Positions 1 through 6,480 of a DNA stretch of 43,543 nt are shown piece after piece; position 1 is the first letter of the stretch; each line of letters begins with the position of its first letter. A model generated the notes under the pieces. The model ran no database searches and was not told where the DNA came from. It saw only the letters and a program-made list of their open reading frames with translations. Position numbers and translations under genes: made by a program. The stretch is from Parcubacteria group bacterium GW2011_GWB1_45_10 (GTDB taxonomy: Bacteria; Patescibacteriota; Minisyncoccia; UBA6257; Brennerbacteraceae), in contig LCKC01000006.1 in the NCBI GenBank assembly GCA_001001185.1, positions 1 through 43,543 on the forward strand, in the 5' to 3' direction.

Positions 1-22
1 TCAAAAAAACCTGAAGTCGCGG

Positions 23-52
23 TTGACAGGACATTTTATCCACTGTTAAATA
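23..52 (+). promoter_or_regulatory. putative sigma70-type promoter upstream of 74..985
   Basis: TTGACA at 23-28, 17-nt spacer, TTAAAT at 46-51, with TG at 44-45. The spacer contains TTATCCACt (36-44), an 8/9 match to a DnaA box. Confidence 0.4.
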
Positions 53-73
53 AATAATAATTAAAACAAAACT

Positions 74-985
74 ATGTTCAAAAAAATAGTTCTTGCGACG
101 TCGCCTTTTTTCTGGGCGGCTATTGCTCTCCCCGCCATTGTTATGGCCGCCAGCCTGTTTGAAGGCTTTTCTCCGCCGCTTAAGTTCAAGCAGCCCGGCG
201 ACCCGCAAAGACCAGGGCTTTGGCTCATCAATGACGGGGATTTCAAAAACGGGAGTTTTCAATACTACAAGCGCTGCGGCGACTCAAGCTGCATCAACCG
301 CAAAGAAGAAGAGATTAATAACGTCAAAACCAACTACCTGAGTATGGTCATGTATCATGACGAAACTCCGGGAAACTATATCAACATGGAGGCTTCCGAG
401 CTCCAAACCGGATATGTTTTCGGCCAGGGGTATGAAGACACTTATCCAGAACTCGGACGCCCGGTGACTGTCAGCGCCAGAATGAGATGCTCAAACTGCA
501 ACTTTGACGGCTCCGGCGGCCAGATTGGTTCGTGGGGGCTTTGGCTCTGGAACAGCTACCCCGAAATTCAGCCTGACGGAACTTTTGGCGGCGGCAATCC
601 CATTAACTCAATCGGGTTTGCCTGGGCCCAGGAAGGCGGTGTTTTGCCCGGCGGACTGAACATTGAGGTTTTTAAAGACAATCTGCCGGTTTATTTTGTC
701 CCGCTGTCTTACTTTATGCCGCCGATTAATCTGAGAGACTGGCACGATTACAGCTTCACCTGGACCATTGACTCGTCAAGCATTGAGTCAGTTGCTTATT
801 ACATTGACGGGACCCTGGTCGGTCAGACAACGATTCCCGGCAATATGCCGGCGCTGTCGCAGACAATCTGGCATGACAACCAGCTCGTCACTGGTTTTGA
901 CCAGAACGGCAGACCACTCACCGCTCTCGTCAACCCCGAGCTGCCGCAAGCTCTTGAGATTGACTTTGTTTCAGTCAGTCAGTAA
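74..985 (+). CDS. secreted concanavalin A-like lectin/glucanase-fold protein (GH16/LamG-like; no ExDxxE catalytic motif seen)
   Basis: 303-aa ORF with an N-terminal signal/anchor (MFKKIVLATSPFFWAAIALPAIVMAAS). The C-terminal strand pattern WHDYSFTW..YYIDGTLVG..LEIDFVSV is typical of ConA-like beta-sandwiches. Confidence 0.5.
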   Translation: MFKKIVLATSPFFWAAIALPAIVMAASLFEGFSPPLKFKQPGDPQRPGLWLINDGDFKNGSFQYYKRCGDSSCINRKEEEINNVKTNYLSMVMYHDETPGNYINMEASELQTGYVFGQGYEDTYPELGRPVTVSARMRCSNCNFDGSGGQIGSWGLWLWNSYPEIQPDGTFGGGNPINSIGFAWAQEGGVLPGGLNIEVFKDNLPVYFVPLSYFMPPINLRDWHDYSFTWTIDSSSIESVAYYIDGTLVGQTTIPGNMPALSQTIWHDNQLVTGFDQNGRPLTALVNPELPQALEIDFVSVSQ

Positions 986-1002
986 TCTCAGCTGACACAG
1001 AT

Positions 1003-1533
1003 ATGCCTATCCCTAAAAAATCCGCCACCATCGTTGTCTACGAATCACCCGATGGCCATGTTATCCGCGAATGCCTCGAAGCCTGCAACTACCGAACTGA
1101 TGTGATTTGGATCGGGTCTCGAGAGGAATTTTTGTCGGTTTTAAACAATCCACGTACAACAAACGACATCGTTGTTATTGACTCCCACGGAGATCCGGAA
1201 AAGGGATTTGTGACAGATATGGAAAAACCAGTCGGGTTTGATGAAATTTCTGCGCTTAAAGGACTACAGGGGAAAAATGTGGTCGGCGCCGCATGTTTTA
1301 TGGGAGTTCAAGGTTTTACCGAAGCGTTTAAGAAAGCAGGTGTTGGGTCATACGTAGGGGCAAGCGACAACATATCAACGCCGTCAATTATTCTGTTCAT
1401 CACTACTCTTTTTTACTCATTCACCAGAGGTAGTTTTTACCCTGAGCTTGGAGATGTGTCGTGGAAAAAAGCAGTTGAAGAAGCTGTACAGAAATTCAAA
1501 GAAGATAGTTGGAAACCTTATTTCACCACATAA
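1003..1533 (+). CDS. hypothetical protein, possible minimal caspase/CHAT-like Cys-His fold
   Basis: 176-aa ORF 17 nt after the previous gene. VVIDSHGD (His62) and VVGAACFMG (Cys98) each follow a hydrophobic strand and lie 36 aa apart, as in clan CD peptidases. Confidence 0.5.
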   Translation: MPIPKKSATIVVYESPDGHVIRECLEACNYRTDVIWIGSREEFLSVLNNPRTTNDIVVIDSHGDPEKGFVTDMEKPVGFDEISALKGLQGKNVVGAACFMGVQGFTEAFKKAGVGSYVGASDNISTPSIILFITTLFYSFTRGSFYPELGDVSWKKAVEEAVQKFKEDSWKPYFTT

Positions 1534-1542
1534 AAACAAAAA

Positions 1543-1568
1543 CACCGGAGTTTCACTCCGGTGTTTTT
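1543..1568. terminator. bidirectional intrinsic terminator
   Basis: Stem CACCGGAG/CTCCGGTG (1543-1550/1556-1563), loop TTTCA, T-run 1564-1568, and an A-run 1532-1542 on the other side. It sits between convergent ORFs. Confidence 0.8.
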
Positions 1569-1573
1569 GATTC

Positions 1574-1717
1574 TTACGCCGCCAGAATCTGTCTAATCCG
1601 TTTTTCGGAAGCTTCGGCTTGACGCTCGGCTTCCGCAAGAGCTGCCCAATAGATTTCCCATTCTTCCTGGGGCGCGTCATCTTCAGGCGGGTGCAAAAGA
1701 ATCTTGGTTATATTCAT
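1574..1717 (-). CDS. small acidic helical protein, 47 aa (below the ORF-track cutoff)
   Basis: Hand translation gives MNITKILLHPPEDDAPQEEWEIYWAALAEAERQAEASEKRIRQILAA*. GGAGG lies 4 nt upstream of the ATG (1722-1726 on the plus strand). A TATAAT (complement of 1750-1755) lies upstream, and the ORF ends at the bidirectional terminator. Confidence 0.45.
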   Translation of the reverse strand: MNITKILLHPPEDDAPQEEWEIYWAALAEAERQAEASEKRIRQILAA

Positions 1718-1790
1718 ACTGCCTCCTTACAGTTTGTTTTGCTAATGAAATTATACTCTAAAACCAAGTTTTGACGCGTCAGACGCATCT

Positions 1791-1819
1791 TTGAAATAAG
1801 CTCGTAATCAGCGTATAAT
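1791..1819 (+). promoter_or_regulatory. putative infB promoter
   Basis: TTGAAA (1791-1796), 17-nt spacer, TATAAT (1814-1819). Confidence 0.6.
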
Positions 1820-1861
1820 GAAACACTGATTGTGCTCAAACAGAGCTTAATTTTTATTATT

Positions 1862-3454
1862 ATGGCAGGAAATAACGCTAAAAAACTTGCTCCCCGACCC
1901 GCCAAAAACGAGACTCGCTCAACTTCAGTTGAGCGGCCGCCAGTGGTCGTGATTATGGGCCATGTTGACCACGGCAAAACTTCGCTTTTGGATTACATTA
2001 GAAAAGCCAGGGTCGCAGCCAGAGAGGCGGGCGGCATTACCCAGCATGTCGGCGCTTATGTTGTCAGACATCAAAGTTCAGATGCCGGAAATCAGATGTC
2101 CGATGTCCGAGAAATGAAAGAGATTACTTTCATTGACACGCCTGGCCACGAAGCGTTTTCAAAAATCAGGGAAAGAGGCGCCAAACTCGCGGACATTGCC
2201 GTCCTGGTGATTGCCGCTGAAGAAGGTTTGAAACCGCAAACAAGAGAAGCGCTGAAGCTGATTCAAGACTCAAAAATGCCGTTTGTCATTGCCCTGAACA
2301 AAATTGACCTGCCGAACGCCAACCAAGACAGAGTCAAACAGCAACTGGCTGAGCTTGAAGTTTATGTTGAAGACTGGGGCGGCAAAATCCCCTGCCTTGG
2401 CATCTCGGCCAAAACCGGACAAGGTATCAACGAGCTTTTGGAAATGATTTTGCTGATGGCGGAGATGGAAGAGCTAAAAGCCAGTCCTGAAGCTGAACCC
2501 AAAGGCGTGATTATTGAATCTTCGCTTGAACCCCAGGAAGGCGTTACGGCCACGGCGATTATTCTTGACGGCAAAATATCGCTTGGCCAAACAATCTACA
2601 CTGAAACCGCCGAAGCCAAAATCAAGAGCCTGGAAAATTTCCTTGGCGAAAGAGTCAAGTCTTTAAGCTTTTCTTCGCCGGCCGTGATTACCGGCTGGGA
2701 CAAACAGCCTTTAGTCGGAGAAACGTTTTCGACGCAACCCTCTGACTCCGTTCAAAACAAGCCTGAAGCCCCGGTACCGCAAGAAATAAGCGCAGACGCA
2801 ATAACGCCCGCCTCCACTGAAAATTCCGGCATGGTGAATTCGCCGGCTGGCGGAGAAAAAACTTTTTCTTTGGTCTTGAAAGCAGACGTTGCCGGATCTT
2901 TGGAAGCTTTGGAAGCGATTGTCAACCAGTTGTTTGTCGAAACCGAAATCAAACCAATCATCCAGGAAAAATCCGCCGGGCCGATTAATCTGGCTAACCT
3001 GAAGATCGCCGAATCAACCGGCAGTGTTGTTATCAGCTTCCGTTCAAAAATGAACCTTGACGTGAAAAACTACGCCAAAGACAGGAAAATCAAGATTTTT
3101 GAAAGCGGGATTATTTACGAACTCCAGGAAAAACTCAAAAAGCTTTTGGTGGAAACTCAAAAACCCGACGAAGAAAAAATCTCCGGCCAGCTGGAAATTT
3201 TGGAGATTTTTTCCGAAAAAGACAAGAAAAACCATCAGGTTGTCGGCGGCCGGCTTTTTGAAGGCCGGGTCAAAAAAAATCAGAGATTCAGCTTTAAAAA
3301 GACTGATGGCCAGGTTTTTGACGGCAAGGTTTTGAGCATCAAAAAAGGCAAACAGGCAATGGAGTCTGCCGAAGCGGTTAATGAAATCGGACTCCAGATT
3401 GAAACCTCAGGCGCAGTGGAAAAAGGCGACAATTTTGAGTTCAGGGAAAAATAA
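1862..3454 (+). CDS. infB: translation initiation factor IF-2 (short form without the N-terminal region)
   Basis: G-domain motifs [20 protein letters not shown] and NKID, plus C-terminal IF-2 domains. ATG 1862 (MAGNNAKK) is preferred over the GTG at 1832. Confidence 0.95.
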   Translation: MAGNNAKKLAPRPAKNETRSTSVERPPVVVIMGHVDHGKTSLLDYIRKARVAAREAGGITQHVGAYVVRHQSSDAGNQMSDVREMKEITFIDTPGHEAFSKIRERGAKLADIAVLVIAAEEGLKPQTREALKLIQDSKMPFVIALNKIDLPNANQDRVKQQLAELEVYVEDWGGKIPCLGISAKTGQGINELLEMILLMAEMEELKASPEAEPKGVIIESSLEPQEGVTATAIILDGKISLGQTIYTETAEAKIKSLENFLGERVKSLSFSSPAVITGWDKQPLVGETFSTQPSDSVQNKPEAPVPQEISADAITPASTENSGMVNSPAGGEKTFSLVLKADVAGSLEALEAIVNQLFVETEIKPIIQEKSAGPINLANLKIAESTGSVVISFRSKMNLDVKNYAKDRKIKIFESGIIYELQEKLKKLLVETQKPDEEKISGQLEILEIFSEKDKKNHQVVGGRLFEGRVKKNQRFSFKKTDGQVFDGKVLSIKKGKQAMESAEAVNEIGLQIETSGAVEKGDNFEFREK

Positions 3455-3459
3455 AACCA

Positions 3460-3804
3460 ATGGCGAAAAAAAGAATTGAACGCTTGGAAGAGTTTATTCT
3501 TGAAGAGCTTGGCTTAATCATCAGAAAAGAGTTTGACGATCCGACTTCAAGCTTTATTTCACTGACCCAAGTCCGCCTTGGCTCTGACCTGACCCAGGCA
3601 ACAGTCTATATTTCAATTTTCCCGGACAAACACAAAAACCAGGTCATTGACAGACTCAACCGAGCGCACGGTTTTTTGCAGGCAAAGCTTTATCAGCGGA
3701 TGTCCACTTATAACCTGCCAAAGCTTTATTTCAAATACGACCCGAGCATTGCCCAGAGCGCCAGAATCAACCAGCTGATTGAAAAAAACAAAGAGGAAAA
3801 GTAA
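3460..3804 (+). CDS. rbfA: ribosome-binding factor A
   Basis: 114 aa, directly downstream of infB. The RbfA-like core is ISLTQVRLGSDLTQATVYISIF. Confidence 0.9.
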   Translation: MAKKRIERLEEFILEELGLIIRKEFDDPTSSFISLTQVRLGSDLTQATVYISIFPDKHKNQVIDRLNRAHGFLQAKLYQRMSTYNLPKLYFKYDPSIAQSARINQLIEKNKEEK

Positions 3805-3816
3805 GATGTGGGTATT

Positions 3817-3850
3817 GGCCACGTGGTGAAGTAGCTAACACGGCGGTCTG
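3817..3850 (+). pseudogene. truncated 5' half of tRNA-Cys (nt 1-34 only)
   Basis: Identical to 4128-4161. It diverges after anticodon nt G34, and no 3' half follows. Confidence 0.8.
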
Positions 3851-3890
3851 TCTGGCTGCGCCAGATCTCGCGCAGCGAGACAAAACTCTC

Positions 3891-4145
3891 ATGAAATATT
3901 GCGTTTATGTTCTACGAAGTTTAAGGAATGACGATATTTACGTCGGAAGCACAGAAAACATAGAAAAAAGAATCTCCTTACATAATGCGGGAAAAGTCAG
4001 ATCGACGAAACCAAACAGACCATGGAAACTTTTGGAACATTATGAGTATAATTCAAGAAGCGAAGCTGTAAAACAAGAAGGGTTCTTGAAAACACATCAA
4101 CAGAAAGAGATGATTAAAAGAACGTTTGGCCACGTGGTGAAGTAG
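3891..4145 (+). CDS. GIY-YIG nuclease family protein (small URI/YhbQ-like)
   Basis: 84 aa. YCVYVLRS...IYVGST(x)N...R...HN is the GIY-YIG core. The last six codons and the TAG overlap the 5' end of tRNA-Cys. Confidence 0.85.
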   Translation: MKYCVYVLRSLRNDDIYVGSTENIEKRISLHNAGKVRSTKPNRPWKLLEHYEYNSRSEAVKQEGFLKTHQQKEMIKRTFGHVVK

Positions 4146-4200
4146 CTAACACGGCGGTCTGCAAAACCGCTATTCACCGGTGCAAATCCGGTCGTGGCCT
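4128..4200 (+). tRNA. tRNA-Cys (GCA)
   Basis: Acceptor GGCCACG/CGTGGCC, anticodon arm GCGGT-CTGCAAA-ACCGC, T arm ACCGG-TGCAAAT-CCGGT (unusual G at position 55). CCA is not encoded. Confidence 0.85.
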
Positions 4201-4215
4201 CAGGCAGACGCAATC

Positions 4216-4297
4216 GGGTGAGTGGCGGAACTGGCATACGCGCGGCACTTAAAATGCCGTGGGGTAACCCTTGAGGGTTCGAGTCCCTCCTCACCCA
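4216..4297 (+). tRNA. tRNA-Leu (UAA)
   Basis: Acceptor GGGTGAG/CTCACCC, anticodon arm CGGCA-CTTAAAA-TGCCG, long variable arm, T arm GAGGG-TTCGAGT-CCCTC. Confidence 0.9.
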
Positions 4298-4365
4298 CTA
4301 ACAGGAACTTTGCGCAAAACCATTTTTAGGGAAGAAAAAATTTAAAATCCTTGAAATTGTAATTT

Positions 4366-5118
4366 ATGAATGTCTTAACTCGTCTTTTTATATTTGGAAC
4401 AATTTTTGTTTTAGTACTCGCGACTCTAAATTTGTATAGTGGGAGTTTTGATGTTTTGCGCTGGGCGGTGTTTATATCCGGTTTGGCTCTTATCTACACC
4501 ATCTATCGAAGTGGTACTATTGGGTGGGTTATTGTTTTTACCGCAATCAGCATAGTATTCAATCCGTTTTATCAGTTTTTAAATTTAGAAAAAAATATTT
4601 GGCGAGGGGTGGATGTTTTTGTGATTGTGACATTTTCTATATTTCTCTACCGTTATTATGGCTTATATAAAAAAGGGGTAGAATTTGAAAAATATGTTTC
4701 TTCTTTATTCCCCCATGACATTTGGGTGATTGTAGACCGAACAAAAGATTCTTCAAAAAAACTTGGACGTTTAGTGGAATCAGATACAAATCCAGATTTC
4801 ACTTTTCGGCACATCACAACGGGAAAGATAGTAGCGGTCGAGTGTAAATTTCATTCCTATTTTTACAAAGGTAAGTATGGAGATTCTGGTACTTGGTGGC
4901 GCAAAGATCAGGGAAAACGATATCAAGCTTATGGGGCAGGGCACAAAATACCGGTTTTTGTCGCGATAGGTATTGGCGGGAATCCTAAAAATCCCCAACG
5001 CTTGTTCTTTTGCCCTCTTGAAAAACTCAATAATGTCCCATATGAATTTATTACCGAAACTGATTTGAAACAATTTGAGAGGAAACGTGATGTACAGTTT
5101 TTATCAAATTCTTTCTAA
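4366..5118 (+). CDS. membrane-anchored NERD/Mrr-like PD-(D/E)XK nuclease-fold protein
   Basis: 250 aa. About 4 N-terminal TM helices are followed by GVEFEKYV...(N)PDF...IVAVECKF (E, PD and ExK motifs in the order expected for this fold). Confidence 0.55.
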   Translation: MNVLTRLFIFGTIFVLVLATLNLYSGSFDVLRWAVFISGLALIYTIYRSGTIGWVIVFTAISIVFNPFYQFLNLEKNIWRGVDVFVIVTFSIFLYRYYGLYKKGVEFEKYVSSLFPHDIWVIVDRTKDSSKKLGRLVESDTNPDFTFRHITTGKIVAVECKFHSYFYKGKYGDSGTWWRKDQGKRYQAYGAGHKIPVFVAIGIGGNPKNPQRLFFCPLEKLNNVPYEFITETDLKQFERKRDVQFLSNSF

Positions 5119-5172
5119 ATTCATATCGCCATAAGCGACGAAAAGTTTTCAAGCTATGTTCAAGTAGAGTAC

Positions 5173-5206
5173 AAATAAAAACAGCGAGTGTGCCAAGCAC
5201 TCGCTG
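5173..5206 (-). terminator. intrinsic terminator of the 5236..5700 unit
   Basis: Stem CAGCGAGTG/CACTCGCTG (5182-5190/5198-5206). On the minus strand it is followed by TTTTTATTT. Confidence 0.7.
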
Positions 5207-5235
5207 GAAAGAAAGATACGGCTCTTGGAAGCCAT

Positions 5236-5700
5236 TTACGCCAAAGTCTGAGCCTCACGAACCCATTCTTGAAAGCTTTCGAGGCTGTCAAAAAGAGTGT
5301 TTGGCTGGGGCTGGACCTGCGCCACCGGGCCCCAGGGAACGCGAGTACAGGCTTTGAGCGGGACAAAAGATTCATAAGCAGCCTTAAGCTGGGCGGCAAC
5401 AACCCCGTCAAACCGCCAAAACTCTTTTTCATTCCTGATTAAATGGCAAAACTGGGTCCATCTTGCCCACTCCGGACGGATGCCCATAACCTTGTGGCTC
5501 GCCATGACTATATGGCGTTTCATCAAAAGCCGCAGCTCTTCTCCATGGTTTGACGATGATTGGGAAAAGATTGCCACATTCTGCTTTGGAGCCCTTTGTC
5601 TTCCTTCCAAAACATCTGTCCGGCAGCCGAGTTTTGAAAGGCTGGTTATTAAAGCAAGCGCAGGCTCGTCGCTTTCGTGCGTTACAAATATCACGTTCAT
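5236..5700 (-). CDS. hypothetical protein with an N-terminal flavodoxin-like (TIR- or receiver-like) alpha/beta pattern
   Basis: 154 aa. AGGAG lies 6 nt upstream of the ATG. The region is locally GC-richer than its surroundings. The N-terminus NVIFVTHESDEPALALITSLSKLGCRTDVLE resembles the first beta-alpha-beta of TIR/REC folds, but it is not assignable. Confidence 0.6.
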   Translation of the reverse strand: MNVIFVTHESDEPALALITSLSKLGCRTDVLEGRQRAPKQNVAIFSQSSSNHGEELRLLMKRHIVMASHKVMGIRPEWARWTQFCHLIRNEKEFWRFDGVVAAQLKAAYESFVPLKACTRVPWGPVAQVQPQPNTLFDSLESFQEWVREAQTLA

Positions 5701-5843
5701 CTCTGACTCCTTTTTATATTGTGAAAAGAACTTTTGGTTTTACTAAGCCAGGTGCAACCAAACTCCCTGGAAGCCGGCTGTTTCAATGAAATAACCGTTT
5801 TCCAAGGGGGAATCCGCCAGTTGACGGATCCCCGATTCCCTCC

Positions 5844-5996
5844 TTATTGATTCGAATTCTTTTTCTTCCAAAACAGCCTTTTGAGCTTGTGTCCGCCGCC
5901 GCCGGCGCGCTCACCATTCAGCTTGCTGTGACGGCCAGGGCCGCGCGCAGCTCTCTGTTTCCCCTTTTTCTTGAAACAACCAAAATCAACAGACAT
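5844..5996 (-). CDS. small highly basic protein, 50 aa (below the ORF-track cutoff)
   Basis: Hand translation gives MSVDFGCFKKKGKQRAARGPGRHSKLNGERAGGGGHKLKRLFWKKKNSNQ*. GGAGG lies 6 nt upstream of the ATG. It lies upstream of, and is co-oriented with, 5236..5700. Confidence 0.4.
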   Translation of the reverse strand: MSVDFGCFKKKGKQRAARGPGRHSKLNGERAGGGGHKLKRLFWKKKNSNQ

Positions 5997-6048
5997 CACA
6001 CACCTCCGAAAAGAATTGAATCGGCCGCAGTTTGGGATTTTACGGCCC

Positions 6049-6098
6049 GCGAGTTGACTAACTCTTTATTGCTGGGATTTAAGAGCTAATCAACTCGC
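6049..6098 (-). promoter_or_regulatory. 18-bp leader hairpin upstream of the small basic ORF
   Basis: Arms 6049-6066 and 6081-6098. The two plus-strand mismatches (C58/A89, A61/C86) become G-U pairs only in minus-strand RNA. Confidence 0.45.
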
Positions 6099-6138
6099 GA
6101 ACCGCAATTTGTTTTAAAGAACTGTTTTGGTTCTTTCA

Positions 6139-6168
6139 GAACCAAAAACCTCCGGTTTTTGCCGGAGG
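6139..6168 (-). terminator. intrinsic terminator ending the hpf..mraY operon
   Basis: Stem CCTCCGG/CCGGAGG (6149-6155/6162-6168). On the minus strand it is followed by TTTTTGGTTC. Confidence 0.75.
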
Positions 6169-6372
6169 TTGAAGACTTTTCTTGAAACTACGCTTTAGCT
6201 AAAACTCATTGTCTTTACTCCCGGCCGATTAAAAGCAACAAATACAAAGTTGAGGCAGGTAATTGTTGCCGCCAAAATTGTTCTGAGGGAGTAATTTTGA
6301 ACTGAAGATCGACTCATTTGTTTGTCTTGATTCAATTTATCAAATCCTGAAACTTTGTCAACCCCGTAGTAG

Positions 6373-6457
6373 ATTTTCGGCCTGCCCGCAATCGCTGGTG
6401 CGATAACTCCTGCAGGCGGGCAACTTCCAGCAATGCGCCAAAGGCGCAGCCGAAAAT
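6373..6457. other. compact three-stem structured element 3' of mraY (function unknown)
   Basis: P1 is ATTTTCGGC/GCCGAAAAT (6373-6381/6449-6457). P2 is TGCCCGC/GCGGGCA (6383-6389/6416-6422) and encloses ATCGC-TGGT-GCGAT. P3 is TGCGCC-AAA-GGCGCA (6434-6448). Confidence 0.3.
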
Positions 6458-6480
6458 ACACTACAGGGTCAACCCTGCCC

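Noticed and set aside
1417-1680. 87-aa minus-strand ORF
   Set aside because: It overlaps the 3' end of 1003..1533, runs through the bidirectional terminator, and is in a different frame from the SD-led 47-aa ORF.
3851-4161. A group I intron interrupting tRNA-Cys at anticodon position 34/35
   Set aside because: The intervening 275 bp are almost fully occupied by the 84-aa ORF. I see no P3-P8-type core pairings. The downstream copy is already a complete tRNA gene, so no splicing is needed.
5160-5789. ORFs 5160..5432(-), 5188..5442(+), 5480..5746(+) and 5550..5789(+)
   Set aside because: They overlap the SD-led 154-aa gene or its terminator, and lack start signals.
5834-5846. GATTCCCTCCTTA as a degenerate copy of the tRNA-Leu 3' end (GAGTCCCTCCTCA), marking an att site
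   Set aside because: An 11/13 match dominated by the complement of an SD-like GGAGGG. This is too short and too easily explained by chance.
6195-6461. 88-aa minus-strand ORF downstream of mraY
   Set aside because: No SD or plausible start context. It overlaps the three-stem structured element. Its composition looks non-coding.
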